From Frankiales bacterium (GTDB lineage Bacteria > Actinomycetota > Actinomycetes > JAWWOL01): a stretch of DNA of 52,956 bases. Of the stretch, positions 36,040-45,790 are shown in pieces. Positions within the stretch are counted from its first letter, which is position 1. Every line of letters starts with the position of its first letter. The notes beneath the pieces were generated by a model. That model was not told where the DNA came from. It did no database searches and was given only the letters and a program-made list of their open reading frames with translations. A program made the translations under genes and the position numbers. The stretch is from contig JAWWOM010000146.1 of assembly GCA_033851655.1 (NCBI GenBank), positions 1 through 52,956 of the forward strand, in the 5' to 3' direction.

Positions 36040-37001
36040 GGGTTCTGCTCTGGCACGTGCACGGCTCGTGGACGACGGCCTTCGTCCAGGGTCAGCACAG
36101 CTATGCCGTACCGGTCAGCGCCGACCGCGGGCCGGACGGACGAGGCCGGGCACGGACCTGGGACTGGCCGGGCTCGGTGGTCGAGGTGCCTCTGGAGCGG
36201 CTGGTGGAGGAGACCTTCGACATCGTGATCCTGCAGCGTCCGGAGGACCTCGACCTCGTCCGCCGCTGGCTCAAGCTGGAGCCAGGGCGGTTCCTGCCCG
36301 CGATCTACGTGGAGCACAACACCCCCCGGGGGCGCATCCCCTCGACGCCGCACCCGATGGCCGAACGCAGTGACATCGTGGTGGCGCACGTCACGCACTT
36401 CAACGCGCTGTTCTGGGACACCGGCCGTGCACCCACCACGGTGATCGAGCACGGCGTCGTCGACCCCGGGCCGCAGTGGACCGGGGAGCTGGCCCGCACC
36501 GCCGTCGTCGTCAACGAACCGGTACGGCGTGGCCGGGTCACCGGCTCCGACCTGATCGCCGGCTTCGCCCGGCAGGCGCCGGTCGACGTCTTCGGCATGC
36601 GCCTGGCCGGCCTGCACGAGCACTACGGCTGCGACCCCGCAACGGTCGCCCTGTACGAGGACCTGCCGCAGCACGGGCTGCACGCCGAGGTGGCGCGGCG
36701 GCGGGTCTACGTGCACCCCGTCCGATGGACCTCGCTGGGGCTGTCCCTGATCGAGGCGATGCAGCTCGGCATGCCGGTCGTCGCGCTCGGGACGACCGAG
36801 GCCTACGAGGCCGTGCCGCCTGCGGCCGGCCGCGTGTCGACGGACGTCGACGTGCTGCACCTGGCGGTACGGGAGCTGATGAACGACCGGGCCGCCGCCG
36901 CCGCCGCGGGGGCGGCGGCACGCAGCGCCGCACTCTCCCGCTACGGCCTGACCCGCTTCCTGGACGACTGGGACCGACTACTGAAGGAGGTCGCGCGATG
37001 A
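36036..37001 (+). CDS. GT-B (GT4-like) glycosyltransferase
   Basis: MRVLLWHVHGSWTTAF, TSLGLSLIEAM.LGMPVV. Confidence 0.85.
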   Translation: MRVLLWHVHGSWTTAFVQGQHSYAVPVSADRGPDGRGRARTWDWPGSVVEVPLERLVEETFDIVILQRPEDLDLVRRWLKLEPGRFLPAIYVEHNTPRGRIPSTPHPMAERSDIVVAHVTHFNALFWDTGRAPTTVIEHGVVDPGPQWTGELARTAVVVNEPVRRGRVTGSDLIAGFARQAPVDVFGMRLAGLHEHYGCDPATVALYEDLPQHGLHAEVARRRVYVHPVRWTSLGLSLIEAMQLGMPVVALGTTEAYEAVPPAAGRVSTDVDVLHLAVRELMNDRAAAAAAGAAARSAALSRYGLTRFLDDWDRLLKEVAR

Positions 37002-38242
37002 GGATCGCCATGGTGTCCGAGCACGCCAGCCCGCTGGCGACGATCGGAGACGTGGACGCCGGCGGTCAGAACGTCCACGTGGCAGCCCTGTCTGCCGCTC
37101 TGGTCCGGGCAGGGCACGAGGTCACCGTCTTCACCCGCCGGGACTCCGCGGAGCTGCCGGTCCGGGTGTCGGTCTCCGACGGGTACACCGTGGAGCACGT
37201 CGACGCCGGTCCGCCGGTCGCCGTGCCCAAGGACGAGCTGCTGCCGCACATGGCCGAGTTCGGCGAGGTGCTCGGCCGGCGATGGGAGGACGCAGGCTAC
37301 GACGTGGCCCATGCGCACTTCTGGATGAGCGGCCTGGCTGCTGTCAGCGCCGGCCTGCAGACCCGAGTCCCTGTGGTGCAGACGTTCCATGCCCTCGGCA
37401 CCGTGAAGCAGCGGCACCAGGGCAGGAACGACAGCAGCCCGGCCGGCCGGATCGCGATCGAGGCCCGGCTTGCCCGTACGGTCAACCGGGTGATCGCCAC
37501 CTGCTCGGACGAGGTGACAGAGCTGTTGCAGGCCGGTGCGCCATCGACGCAGCTGCGGGTCGTGCCGTGCGGTGTCGACCTCCACCACTTCACCCCGGAG
37601 GGTCGGGTGGCCCTGCGAGCTCCCGTCGGCCGCAGGCTGCTGGTGGTCGGCCGGTTGGTCGAGCGCAAGGGAGTCGCAGACGCGATCCGGGCCCTGGCCC
37701 AGGTCCCGGACGCCGAGCTGGTCGTCGCAGGTGGCCCGGCGGCCGAGCACCTCGACGGCGACAGCGAGGCGCAGCGACTTCGCGGTGTGGCGCTCCGGGC
37801 CGGCGTCGGTGATCGGGTCGTCCTGCTGGGCAGGGTTTCCCGGGCAGCGCTGCCTGCCCTGATCCGCTCGGCTGACGTCGTCGTGGCCACTCCCTGGTAC
37901 GAGCCCTTCGGCATCGTCCCGCTCGAGGCGATGGCCTGCGGGCGACCGGTCGTCGCGTCGGCCGTCGGTGGCATGCTCGACTCGGTCCTCGACGGGGTGA
38001 CCGGCATCCTGGTCCCGCCCAAGGATCCTCGTGCGCTGGGCCAGCAGCTGCGGGCCCTGCTCGACGACGACAGCAGAAGAGCGGCGATGGGCGCGGCGGG
38101 AACCGTACGGGCTCGTGCGTTGTACGGCTGGGACCGGTTGGCCGGGCAGACCTTGCGGGTCTACGACTCGGTGTGTGCCGGCGAGGCTTGGACGCTCCGG
38201 TCGCGGGTCGCCGTGGCGGCCGACCAGGAGGTCGTGCAGTGA
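36998..38242 (+). CDS. GT4 (MshA-like) glycosyltransferase
   Basis: SEHASPL...DAGGQNVHV, HAHFWMSG, GRLVERKG, EPFGIVPLEAMACG.PVV. Confidence 0.92.
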   Translation: MRIAMVSEHASPLATIGDVDAGGQNVHVAALSAALVRAGHEVTVFTRRDSAELPVRVSVSDGYTVEHVDAGPPVAVPKDELLPHMAEFGEVLGRRWEDAGYDVAHAHFWMSGLAAVSAGLQTRVPVVQTFHALGTVKQRHQGRNDSSPAGRIAIEARLARTVNRVIATCSDEVTELLQAGAPSTQLRVVPCGVDLHHFTPEGRVALRAPVGRRLLVVGRLVERKGVADAIRALAQVPDAELVVAGGPAAEHLDGDSEAQRLRGVALRAGVGDRVVLLGRVSRAALPALIRSADVVVATPWYEPFGIVPLEAMACGRPVVASAVGGMLDSVLDGVTGILVPPKDPRALGQQLRALLDDDSRRAAMGAAGTVRARALYGWDRLAGQTLRVYDSVCAGEAWTLRSRVAVAADQEVVQ

Positions 38243-38862
38243 CCGACCTCGAGCTGACCACCCCACGGGGACACCGCCATGTCGGCGAGCTGTCGGCGGC
38301 CCTTGCCCAGTTCGGTCCGTGCGTGGAGACGGCCGAGCGATGGGGTGCGGAGCTGGCCGGCATCCTGCTGGGTGGCGGCCGGCTGATCGCGGCCGGTAAC
38401 GGCGGAAGTGCCGCCCAGGCGCAACATCTGACGGCTGAGCTGGTCGGTCGCTACCGAGAGGACCGCCGGCCCTTCTCGGCGATCTGCCTCACCGCCGAGA
38501 CGTCGACGTTGACCGCGATCGCCAACGACTACCCGGCCGACGAGCTCTACGCCAGGCAGGTGGAGGCCCATGCCCGCAAGGGCGACGTGGTCGTGCTGAT
38601 GTCGACGAGCGGGCGCAGCTCCAACGTCGTCGAGGCGGCTCGTAGGGCCCGTACGGTAGGCGCTCTGGCCTGGGCGTTCAGCGGCCCGCCCGGCAACCCG
38701 CTTGCCGCGGCCTGTGACGACGCACTATGCGTCCGGTCCCCGTTCACCGCGACGGTCCAGGAGCTGCACCTCGTGGCGCTGCACCTGCTCTGTGCCTCTC
38801 TCGACCACAACCTCGCGATCCTCGATCCGGCAGGAGATCTGCGCGCGGAGGTGATGTTGTGA
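38239..38862 (+). CDS. gmhA: Phosphoheptose isomerase (SIS domain)
   Basis: AGNGGSAA.AQH..AELVGR, TAIANDY, RQVEA, STSG.S.NV, QELH. Confidence 0.92.
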   Translation: MTDLELTTPRGHRHVGELSAALAQFGPCVETAERWGAELAGILLGGGRLIAAGNGGSAAQAQHLTAELVGRYREDRRPFSAICLTAETSTLTAIANDYPADELYARQVEAHARKGDVVVLMSTSGRSSNVVEAARRARTVGALAWAFSGPPGNPLAAACDDALCVRSPFTATVQELHLVALHLLCASLDHNLAILDPAGDLRAEVML

Positions 38863-40229
38863 GCTATCGGGTCGTGGTCCTTGGCGACGTGCTGCTGGAC
38901 ATCGACGTGCTGGGATCGGCGCACCGGCTCGCGCCCGATGCGCCGGCGCCTGTCGTGGATGTCGCGCGGGAGGTGGCCCGGCCCGGCGGGGCAGGCCTCG
39001 CGGCGGCGCTCGCGGCCTCTGACGGCGCGGAGGTGGTGCTCGTCGCGCCGCTCGGGCACGATGCCGATGCTGACCGCCTCTGCTCGGTCCTGCCTACGTC
39101 CGTACGACTGGTCAGGCTGCCGACCGGGGCCACGACAGCGGTGAAGCGGCGGATCCGGGTCTCCGGACAGACCCTGCTGCGGCTGGACAGTGGCCCGGGC
39201 GGCCCGATCGCCGACGAGCTGCCGGGGGAGGTGGCCGGCCTGCTGGCCGACGCGGACGCCGTCCTCGTCTCAGACTACGGCCGCGGTCTGACCTCCCAGC
39301 CGGTGATCCGGGAGCTGCTCGCCGGGCTGCCCCAGCAGATCCCCATCGTGTGGGACCCGCACCCCCGCGGTGCCGCTCCGGTGCCCGGCGTCCGGGTCGC
39401 GACTCCCAACGTGGCGGAGGCAGTGCTGATGGCGGGCATTTCCGGCGGGACAGGCGATCTCGCCAGCGCCACGCAGGCAGCGGCCAAGCTGGTGGTGAGC
39501 TGGCGGTGCGCGGCTGTTGCCGTGACGCTGGGCCCCCGCGGAGCCCTGCTCTCGTACGGGGAGGGTGCCCCCACCGTTGTCCCTGCCGACCGCGTCGTCG
39601 AGGGCGACACCTGCGGTGCCGGCGACCGGTTCGCGTCCCGGCTGACGACCCTGTTGGGGCAGGGACAGGTCACCGTCGAGGCGGTCGCCGGGGCTACGGG
39701 GGCAGCGACGGAGTTCGTGGCCGACGGGGGTGCAGCCGCATTCGCGCAAGTGCCGGCCGATGCCGGCCGGCTCGACGTCGTGGCGAGGGTGCGGGCTGCC
39801 GGGGGCACCGTCGTCGCGACGGGAGGCTGCTTCGACCTGCTGCACGCAGGGCATGTCGCGTCGCTGCGCTCGGCCCGCTCGCTCGGCGACTGCCTCGTCG
39901 TCTGCGTCAACAGTGACGCATCGGTCCGCCGCCTGAAGGGCCCGACCAGGCCGCTGGTTCCCGTCGCTGACCGCGTACAGGTGCTCGAGGCGCTGTCCTG
40001 CGTCGACGCGGTGCTGGTGTTCGACGAGGACTCGCCCGCCGAGCTGCTCGACCGGCTGCGGCCGGACCTGTGGGTCAAGGGTGGCGACTACGCCGGCGTC
40101 GAGCTGCCGGAGCAGGCGGTGCTGCGCAGCTGGGGCGGCCAGGCGGTCGTCCTGCCCTATCTCGAGGGTCGTTCCACCACCGGCCTGGTCAGAGCCATGT
40201 CAGAGCTCTTACGAGAGGAAACAACATGA
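38859..40229 (+). CDS. hldE: Bifunctional heptose-7-phosphate kinase / heptose-1-phosphate nucleotidyltransferase
   Basis: PfkB half: GDVLLD, RLAPDAPAPV, VSDYG.G, TPN..E, DTCGAGD; transferase half: GCFDLLHAGH, NSD.SV.RLKG..RP, KGGDY, GRSTT. Confidence 0.93.
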   Translation: MSYRVVVLGDVLLDIDVLGSAHRLAPDAPAPVVDVAREVARPGGAGLAAALAASDGAEVVLVAPLGHDADADRLCSVLPTSVRLVRLPTGATTAVKRRIRVSGQTLLRLDSGPGGPIADELPGEVAGLLADADAVLVSDYGRGLTSQPVIRELLAGLPQQIPIVWDPHPRGAAPVPGVRVATPNVAEAVLMAGISGGTGDLASATQAAAKLVVSWRCAAVAVTLGPRGALLSYGEGAPTVVPADRVVEGDTCGAGDRFASRLTTLLGQGQVTVEAVAGATGAATEFVADGGAAAFAQVPADAGRLDVVARVRAAGGTVVATGGCFDLLHAGHVASLRSARSLGDCLVVCVNSDASVRRLKGPTRPLVPVADRVQVLEALSCVDAVLVFDEDSPAELLDRLRPDLWVKGGDYAGVELPEQAVLRSWGGQAVVLPYLEGRSTTGLVRAMSELLREETT

Positions 40230-40909
40230 GCATCGGAACCGTCGTCGTCACCGGTGGCTCCTCCGGCCTGGGGGCCGCCGTCGTCGAAGCGGTGGGCAAG
40301 CTCGGCGGGCGTCCCGTGGTCCTGGACCGGGTGCCGCCGGACAGCGGCGCCGAGCACCGGATCGTCGACCTGGCCGACACAAGGGCAGCCGAGGCGGCCG
40401 TACGGGACCTGGCGACCGAGCTGGGCGGCATCGACGCCGTGGTCACGGCGGCCGGCACCGACCGCTGCGGCCGGCTGGCCGATGTGCCGGGCGACGAGTG
40501 GGACCGGGTCGTCCTGGTCAATCTGCTCGGCACCGCAGCCGTCGTTCGTGCGGCCATGCCCTACCTGGAGCAGAGCTCGGGCAAGGTCGTCACCATCGCC
40601 TCGACCCTCGGTGTACGGGCCGTGAGCGACGCGACCGCCTACTGCGCCTCGAAGTTCGGCGTGGTCGGCTTCACCAGGGCACTGATCGCCGAGACCCAGG
40701 GCCGCGTCGGCGTGACCCTGCTCATCCCGGGCGGCATGCAGACGCATTTCTTCGACGACCGCGCCGAGCAGTACCGGCCGGGCCCTGACGCCAAGCTCAA
40801 CCGGCCGGAGGACGTGGCTGACGTCATCGTCTTCGCCCTGCAGCAGCCGCCCGGTTGCGAGCTGCGCGAGGTGCTGGTTGCGCAGAGCACGGAGAGCTCG
40901 TGGCCCTAG
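40226..40909 (+). CDS. SDR oxidoreductase
   Basis: TGGSSGLG, VNLLGT, YCASKFG. Confidence 0.92.
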   Translation: MSIGTVVVTGGSSGLGAAVVEAVGKLGGRPVVLDRVPPDSGAEHRIVDLADTRAAEAAVRDLATELGGIDAVVTAAGTDRCGRLADVPGDEWDRVVLVNLLGTAAVVRAAMPYLEQSSGKVVTIASTLGVRAVSDATAYCASKFGVVGFTRALIAETQGRVGVTLLIPGGMQTHFFDDRAEQYRPGPDAKLNRPEDVADVIVFALQQPPGCELREVLVAQSTESSWP

Positions 40910-41841
40910 GTCGCCCCAGGGTTCTCGTGCTGCGCGCGCTGGGGCTCGGCGACCTGTTGACAGCCGTGCCGGCGTTGCGCGGGCTGCGGGCCGCTCTGCC
41001 GGACCATGAGCTGGTCCTGGCGGCCCCCAGCCGGCTGCTGCCGCTGGTCGGACTGATCGGCGCTGTGGACCGGTTGCTGCCGGCGCAGGGCCTGGAGCCG
41101 TTGCGGTGGCAGCTGCCCGGGCCGGACCTTGCGGTCAACCTGCACGGTCGAGGACCGCGGAGCCACCGGTTGCTGCTCGACACCGGTGCCCGGGCGCTGG
41201 TGGCGTACGCCTCGCCGGAGCTGGGCTACGACGGGCCGCCGTGGCAGAGGGAGCACGAGGTGGACCGTTGGTGCCGGCTGGTCGAGGCGGCCTTCGGGTC
41301 GCCGGTCCCGCGGGACAGCCTTGACCTGGCGGTGCCCGCCGTCGCCTCGGCGCGGCCCGGCGCCGTCGTCGTGCATCCCGGCGCGGCGTTCCCGAGCCGG
41401 CGCTGGCCGGCCGAGCGGTTCGGAGCCGTGTGCCGGGCGCTCGCGGAGCGTGGTCACGACGTCGTGGTCACCGGCTCCGCCGCGGAGAAACCGCTGGTCA
41501 CCGAGGTGGTCCGTACCGCCGGACTGCCGGAGGGCGCCGGTCTCGCGGGTCGGCTCGACCTGGCCCAGCTGGCCGCCCTGGTTGCGTCCTGCCGGCTGCT
41601 CCTGTGTGGCGACACCGGTCTGGCCCACCTGGCGTCGGCCTACGGCCGCCCGTCGGTGCTGCTCTTCGGGCCGGTGTCGCCGGAGCTGTGGGGACCGCCG
41701 AAGAATCGCCAGCACCTTGTTCTCTGGCACGGCGACGGCTTCGGGGACCCCTGGGGCGGCGCGGTGGATCCGGCGCTGTCCCTGATCACTCCCGCTGAGG
41801 TGGTGGCGGCCGCAGACCGGCTGCTCATGCCGGTGGGCTGA
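40900..41841 (+). CDS. Second GT9 glycosyltransferase
   Basis: LRALGLGDLLT.VPA, HPGA...RRWP, GDTGLAHLASA.G.PSV.LFGP. Confidence 0.9.
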   Translation: MALGRPRVLVLRALGLGDLLTAVPALRGLRAALPDHELVLAAPSRLLPLVGLIGAVDRLLPAQGLEPLRWQLPGPDLAVNLHGRGPRSHRLLLDTGARALVAYASPELGYDGPPWQREHEVDRWCRLVEAAFGSPVPRDSLDLAVPAVASARPGAVVVHPGAAFPSRRWPAERFGAVCRALAERGHDVVVTGSAAEKPLVTEVVRTAGLPEGAGLAGRLDLAQLAALVASCRLLLCGDTGLAHLASAYGRPSVLLFGPVSPELWGPPKNRQHLVLWHGDGFGDPWGGAVDPALSLITPAEVVAAADRLLMPVG

Positions 41842-43201
41842 GGTGTACGACCTTGGTGGTCGTCATCTCGTCGAGCAGCTCCGGCCCGTAGCCAAAGCCC
41901 GTCCCGCTGCCCAGGCGGGGTTGTGCCGCGCCGCCGGGCGCTCCGCCGAAGACGGCGTTCACCTTGACCGTGCCGACCGGCAAGGTCCGCCAGGCTTCCT
42001 GCGCGTGGGTCATCGAGGTGGTGAGGACCGACGCCGCTAGCCCGTACCGGGACCGGCAGGCGGCGTCGAGGGCCGCCTCGAAGGTGGGCAGGACCTGGAT
42101 CGGCGCCACGGGGCCGAAGGTCTCCTCCTGCATCACGGTCATCTCGTCAGTGCAACCGGTGAGCACCGTTGCGGGGTAGAAAGTGCCTGGCCCGTCAGGG
42201 ATGTAGCCGCCACAGAGCAGCCGGGCGCCCTGCTCCACGGCAGCGGTCACCTGCTGATGCACGGCGGTCCGCAGCCGCTCGTCGACCAGCGGGCCCAGCG
42301 TGGTCCGCTGGTCGGTCCCGGCGCCTGGCACCAGCTCGGCGGCACGGCGGACCAGCTCGGCGGTGAACTCCTCGGCCACGCTGTCCACCACATAGACGCG
42401 CTCCACCGAGACGCAGATCTGGCCGGCGTTGGCGAACGCCCCCAGCGCCGCCTGAGCGGCGGCCCACCGCGGGGGTACGCCGGCATCGACGATCAACGGG
42501 TCGTTGCCGCCGTTCTCGAGCAGCGTCTTGGCGCCGGTGGCCGCGGCCGCGAGACGGATGGCCCGGCCGGTCGTGCTCGACCCGACGTGGGCGATGACGT
42601 CGACGTCCGCGGAGCCGGTCAACGCCCTGCCCGTGCCGCCGTCGCCGGTGACGACGGTGAGCACCCCCGGCGGAAGCGCGTCGGAGAGGACCCGCGCGAG
42701 CGCGATCCCGGTGTGTGGCGCCCGCTCCGAAGGCTTGAACACGACGGCGTTGCCGGTGATCAGTGCGGCCCCGATCAGGCCGCAGGGGACCGCGACCGGG
42801 TCGTTCCACGGGGTGATGACGGCCACCACGCCGCGTGGCTCGTACGCCATGAAGTCGGTGCTGCCCCATCCGCCCTGCAGCGACTTGCCGCGATGGAGCG
42901 GCCCGAGCTCGGCGTACTGGCGCAGCGTCGAGACGCCGGCGTCGACACCGCCTCGGGCGTCGCCGATCGGCTTGCCCATCTCGCGGGTGGTCAACAGGGC
43001 GAGGTCCTCTGCCGCCGCGGTCACGCGGTCCGCCGCCGCTGCGAGCAGCCCGCCGCGTTCGCCGGGGGAGGTCCGGGCCCACCCGGGGAAGGCCTTGCGG
43101 GCCGTGGCGACAGCCTGCTCCACCTCCGCCGCGTCGGCGATCGGCAGCTGCCCGACCAGGCTTCCGTCGGCAGGGTCCAGCACCCGCAGCACACCCGTCA
43201 T
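41825..43201 (-). CDS. Aldehyde dehydrogenase
   Basis: EMGKP, ITPWND, FKPSE, VGSS, LENGGND, NAGQICVS, EETFGP, YGLAASV. Confidence 0.92.
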   Translation of the reverse strand: MTGVLRVLDPADGSLVGQLPIADAAEVEQAVATARKAFPGWARTSPGERGGLLAAAADRVTAAAEDLALLTTREMGKPIGDARGGVDAGVSTLRQYAELGPLHRGKSLQGGWGSTDFMAYEPRGVVAVITPWNDPVAVPCGLIGAALITGNAVVFKPSERAPHTGIALARVLSDALPPGVLTVVTGDGGTGRALTGSADVDVIAHVGSSTTGRAIRLAAAATGAKTLLENGGNDPLIVDAGVPPRWAAAQAALGAFANAGQICVSVERVYVVDSVAEEFTAELVRRAAELVPGAGTDQRTTLGPLVDERLRTAVHQQVTAAVEQGARLLCGGYIPDGPGTFYPATVLTGCTDEMTVMQEETFGPVAPIQVLPTFEAALDAACRSRYGLAASVLTTSMTHAQEAWRTLPVGTVKVNAVFGGAPGGAAQPRLGSGTGFGYGPELLDEMTTTKVVHLSPPA

Positions 43202-43211
43202 GACAGCGCCC

Positions 43212-43235
43212 TTTCCCTGCTCGCCGCCCGCAAAC
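43212..43235 (-). promoter_or_regulatory. SigB/SigF-type promoter of the ALDH gene
   Basis: Minus strand GTTT-N14-GGGAAA, ATG 43201 10 nt downstream. Confidence 0.6.
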
Positions 43236-43297
43236 GGCGGGCCCGCTGTCATTGACCGGCTGACCTTCCGGCCGTACGGTCGCGCTTGGATGAACCC

Positions 43298-45778
43298 ATG
43301 AGCAAGCAGCTGCCTCTGGACACAGGCTGGACGTTGCACGCGTCCTCCGACCAGGACGTGCCGGAGGAGCTGCGGGGTCGCCGGGTGCCAGCCACCGTGC
43401 CCGGGTGCGTGCACACCGACCTGCTCGACGAGGGACTGATCCCCGACCCGCTGCTCGGCCGGAACGAGGAGCTGGTCGGCTGGATCGGTGAGGCGGATTG
43501 GCTGTACAGCACGGACTTTCACGCGGACGTCGAGGGCTTCGAGCGGGTCGACCTGGTCTGCGATGGCCTCGACACGGTCGCAGCCATCGATCTCAACGGC
43601 GCCCCCGTCGGCTCGACCGCGAACATGCACAGGTCCTACCGGTTCGACGTCTCCGGCCGGGTGCGGGTGGGGGACAACGCCCTGGACATCCGCTTCGGTT
43701 CTGCGCTGCGGCGTGCCGAGGAGCTGCGCGACCTGCTCGGAGCGCGGCCGGGGCCCTATCCGGCCCCCTTCCAGTTCCTCCGCAAGATGGCCTGCAACTT
43801 CGGCTGGGACTGGGGCCCGGCGCTGGTCACGGCCGGTGTCTGGCGTCCGATCAGCCTGCACGCATGGAGCACAGCCCGGATCCGCTCCGCGCGACCGGTG
43901 GTGACCGTAGCCGCCGACGGTGTCGGCAGGGTCCGCGTGCACGTCGCCATCGAAAGGACCGGCCCTGGCGCTGACGAGCGGCTCACCCTCTCGCTCAGCG
44001 TCCAGGGCCACGGCTCGGCCCACTCGGTCGTGGCCGAGGTCCCGGCAGGCGTCTCCCACACCGAGGTCGGGCTCGACGTGCCCGCGGCCTCGCTGTGGTG
44101 GCCGCGCGGCCACGGTGACCAGCCGCTGTACGAGGCAAGGCTGACGCTGGCCGCCGGTGCCCGGCCGCTCGACACCTGGCAGCGCCGGCTCGGCTTCCGT
44201 ACGGTCGAGCTCGACACGACGCCCGACGACGACGGAGTGCCGTTCCTGCTGCGGATCAACGGTGAGCCGGTCTTCGTCAAAGGCGCCAACTGGATCCCCG
44301 ACGACGTCTTCGTCACCCGCGTCGACCGGGCGCGCTACGACCGGCGGGTGGACGACGCGTGCGAGGCAGGCATCAACCTGCTCCGTGTCTGGGGCGGTGG
44401 CCTCTACGAGAGCGACGACTTCTACGACTCCGCCGACGAGCGCGGAGTGCTGGTGTGGCAGGACTTTCTGTTCGCCTGCGCCGCCTACCCGGAGGAGTCG
44501 CCGCTGCGCGAGGAGGTGGTGGCCGAGGCGCGGGAGGTGGTGGTCCGGCTGGCTCCGCACCCGAGCCTGGTCCTCTGGAACGGCAACAACGAGAACATCT
44601 GGGGGTTCTGGGACTGGGGCTGGCAGGAGGCACTGGGCGGGCGCAGCTGGGGCGGCGGCTACTACTACGACCTGCTGCCGGCCATCGTCGCCGAGCTGGA
44701 CCCCACACGACCGTACTGGCCGGGCAGTCCCTACTCGGGTGACCCCGCCGTACATCCCAACGAACCCAGCCGCGGGCCGATCCACATCTGGGATGTCTGG
44801 AACACCAGGGACTACACCGACTACCGCAGCTATTCACCGCGTTTCGTGGCCGAGTTCGGCTACCAGGCGCCGGCGGCATGGGCAACGCTGAGGCGCGCCC
44901 TGACCGAGCCGGCCCTCTCACCGAGCTCCGCCGGGATGCTCGTGCACCAGAAGGCGATCGACGGCAACCTCAAGCTGGAGCGCGGACTCGAGGAGCACTT
45001 CGGCAGCCCCGGCGACTTCGACGACTGGCTCTATCTCACCCAGCTCAACCAGGCGCGGGCGCTGCAGCTCGGGATCGAGCACTTCCGCTCGCTGTTCCCG
45101 TTGTGCAGGGGCACTGTCGTGTGGCAGCTCAACGACTGCTGGCCGGCGGTCAGCTGGGCTGCGGTCGACGTCGACGGCCGGCGCAAGCCGCTCTGGTACG
45201 GGGTCCGCTCGGCGTACGCGGACCGGCTGCTCACCGTGCAGCCCCGCAACGGGTCGCTGGTGATCGCCCTGGTCAACGACTCGCCGACCGGCTGGCGGGG
45301 CCGGCTCACCGTGGAACGGGTCGACTTCGACGGCCGGCTGCTCGCGGGCAGCTCTGTGCCGTTCGCCGTCGACCGTCGCGACGCCACCGTGCTGCCACTG
45401 CCCGACGCGGTGGCGCAGCCCGACGATGCCAGCGGCGAGCTGCTGGTGGTCCGGTCCGGCGAGCTGCGTGCACTGTGGTTCTTCGAGCGGGACCGCAGTC
45501 TGCGCTACCCCCCGGCGACCTTCGAGGCGACCACCCAGCAGCTCGAGGGGCTGACCCGGGTGACCGTGACCGCCGGGACCCTGCTCCGCGATCTGTGCCT
45601 GTTCCCCGACCGGCTCGACCCGGATGCCTCGGTGGACAAGGCCCTGGTCACGCTGCTGCCGGGGGAGACCGTCACCTTCACCGTGGCGCACCGTGCCGGG
45701 CTGGACCCCGTACGGCTCACCAGTCGTCCCGTCCTGCGCTGCGTCAACGACTTCCTGCGGATCGAGCCGGGGGACTGA
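43298..45778 (+). CDS. GH2 beta-mannosidase-like glycoside hydrolase
   Basis: ATVPGCVHTDL, DGLDT, RKMAC.FGWDWGP, KGANWIP, RVWGGG.YE, WNGNNE, AEFGYQ, WQLNDCWP. Confidence 0.93.
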   Translation: MSKQLPLDTGWTLHASSDQDVPEELRGRRVPATVPGCVHTDLLDEGLIPDPLLGRNEELVGWIGEADWLYSTDFHADVEGFERVDLVCDGLDTVAAIDLNGAPVGSTANMHRSYRFDVSGRVRVGDNALDIRFGSALRRAEELRDLLGARPGPYPAPFQFLRKMACNFGWDWGPALVTAGVWRPISLHAWSTARIRSARPVVTVAADGVGRVRVHVAIERTGPGADERLTLSLSVQGHGSAHSVVAEVPAGVSHTEVGLDVPAASLWWPRGHGDQPLYEARLTLAAGARPLDTWQRRLGFRTVELDTTPDDDGVPFLLRINGEPVFVKGANWIPDDVFVTRVDRARYDRRVDDACEAGINLLRVWGGGLYESDDFYDSADERGVLVWQDFLFACAAYPEESPLREEVVAEAREVVVRLAPHPSLVLWNGNNENIWGFWDWGWQEALGGRSWGGGYYYDLLPAIVAELDPTRPYWPGSPYSGDPAVHPNEPSRGPIHIWDVWNTRDYTDYRSYSPRFVAEFGYQAPAAWATLRRALTEPALSPSSAGMLVHQKAIDGNLKLERGLEEHFGSPGDFDDWLYLTQLNQARALQLGIEHFRSLFPLCRGTVVWQLNDCWPAVSWAAVDVDGRRKPLWYGVRSAYADRLLTVQPRNGSLVIALVNDSPTGWRGRLTVERVDFDGRLLAGSSVPFAVDRRDATVLPLPDAVAQPDDASGELLVVRSGELRALWFFERDRSLRYPPATFEATTQQLEGLTRVTVTAGTLLRDLCLFPDRLDPDASVDKALVTLLPGETVTFTVAHRAGLDPVRLTSRPVLRCVNDFLRIEPGD

Positions 45779-45790
45779 GCGCGCACCGGC

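Noticed and set aside
31890-41841. LPS core biosynthesis or contamination from a Gram-negative genome
   Set aside because: No Kdo or lipid A genes; codon style and CGTACG density match the actinobacterial flanks.
43202-44785. Apparent 986-aa ALDH
   Set aside because: The extension is antisense to GH2; promoter and domain boundary support ATG 43201.
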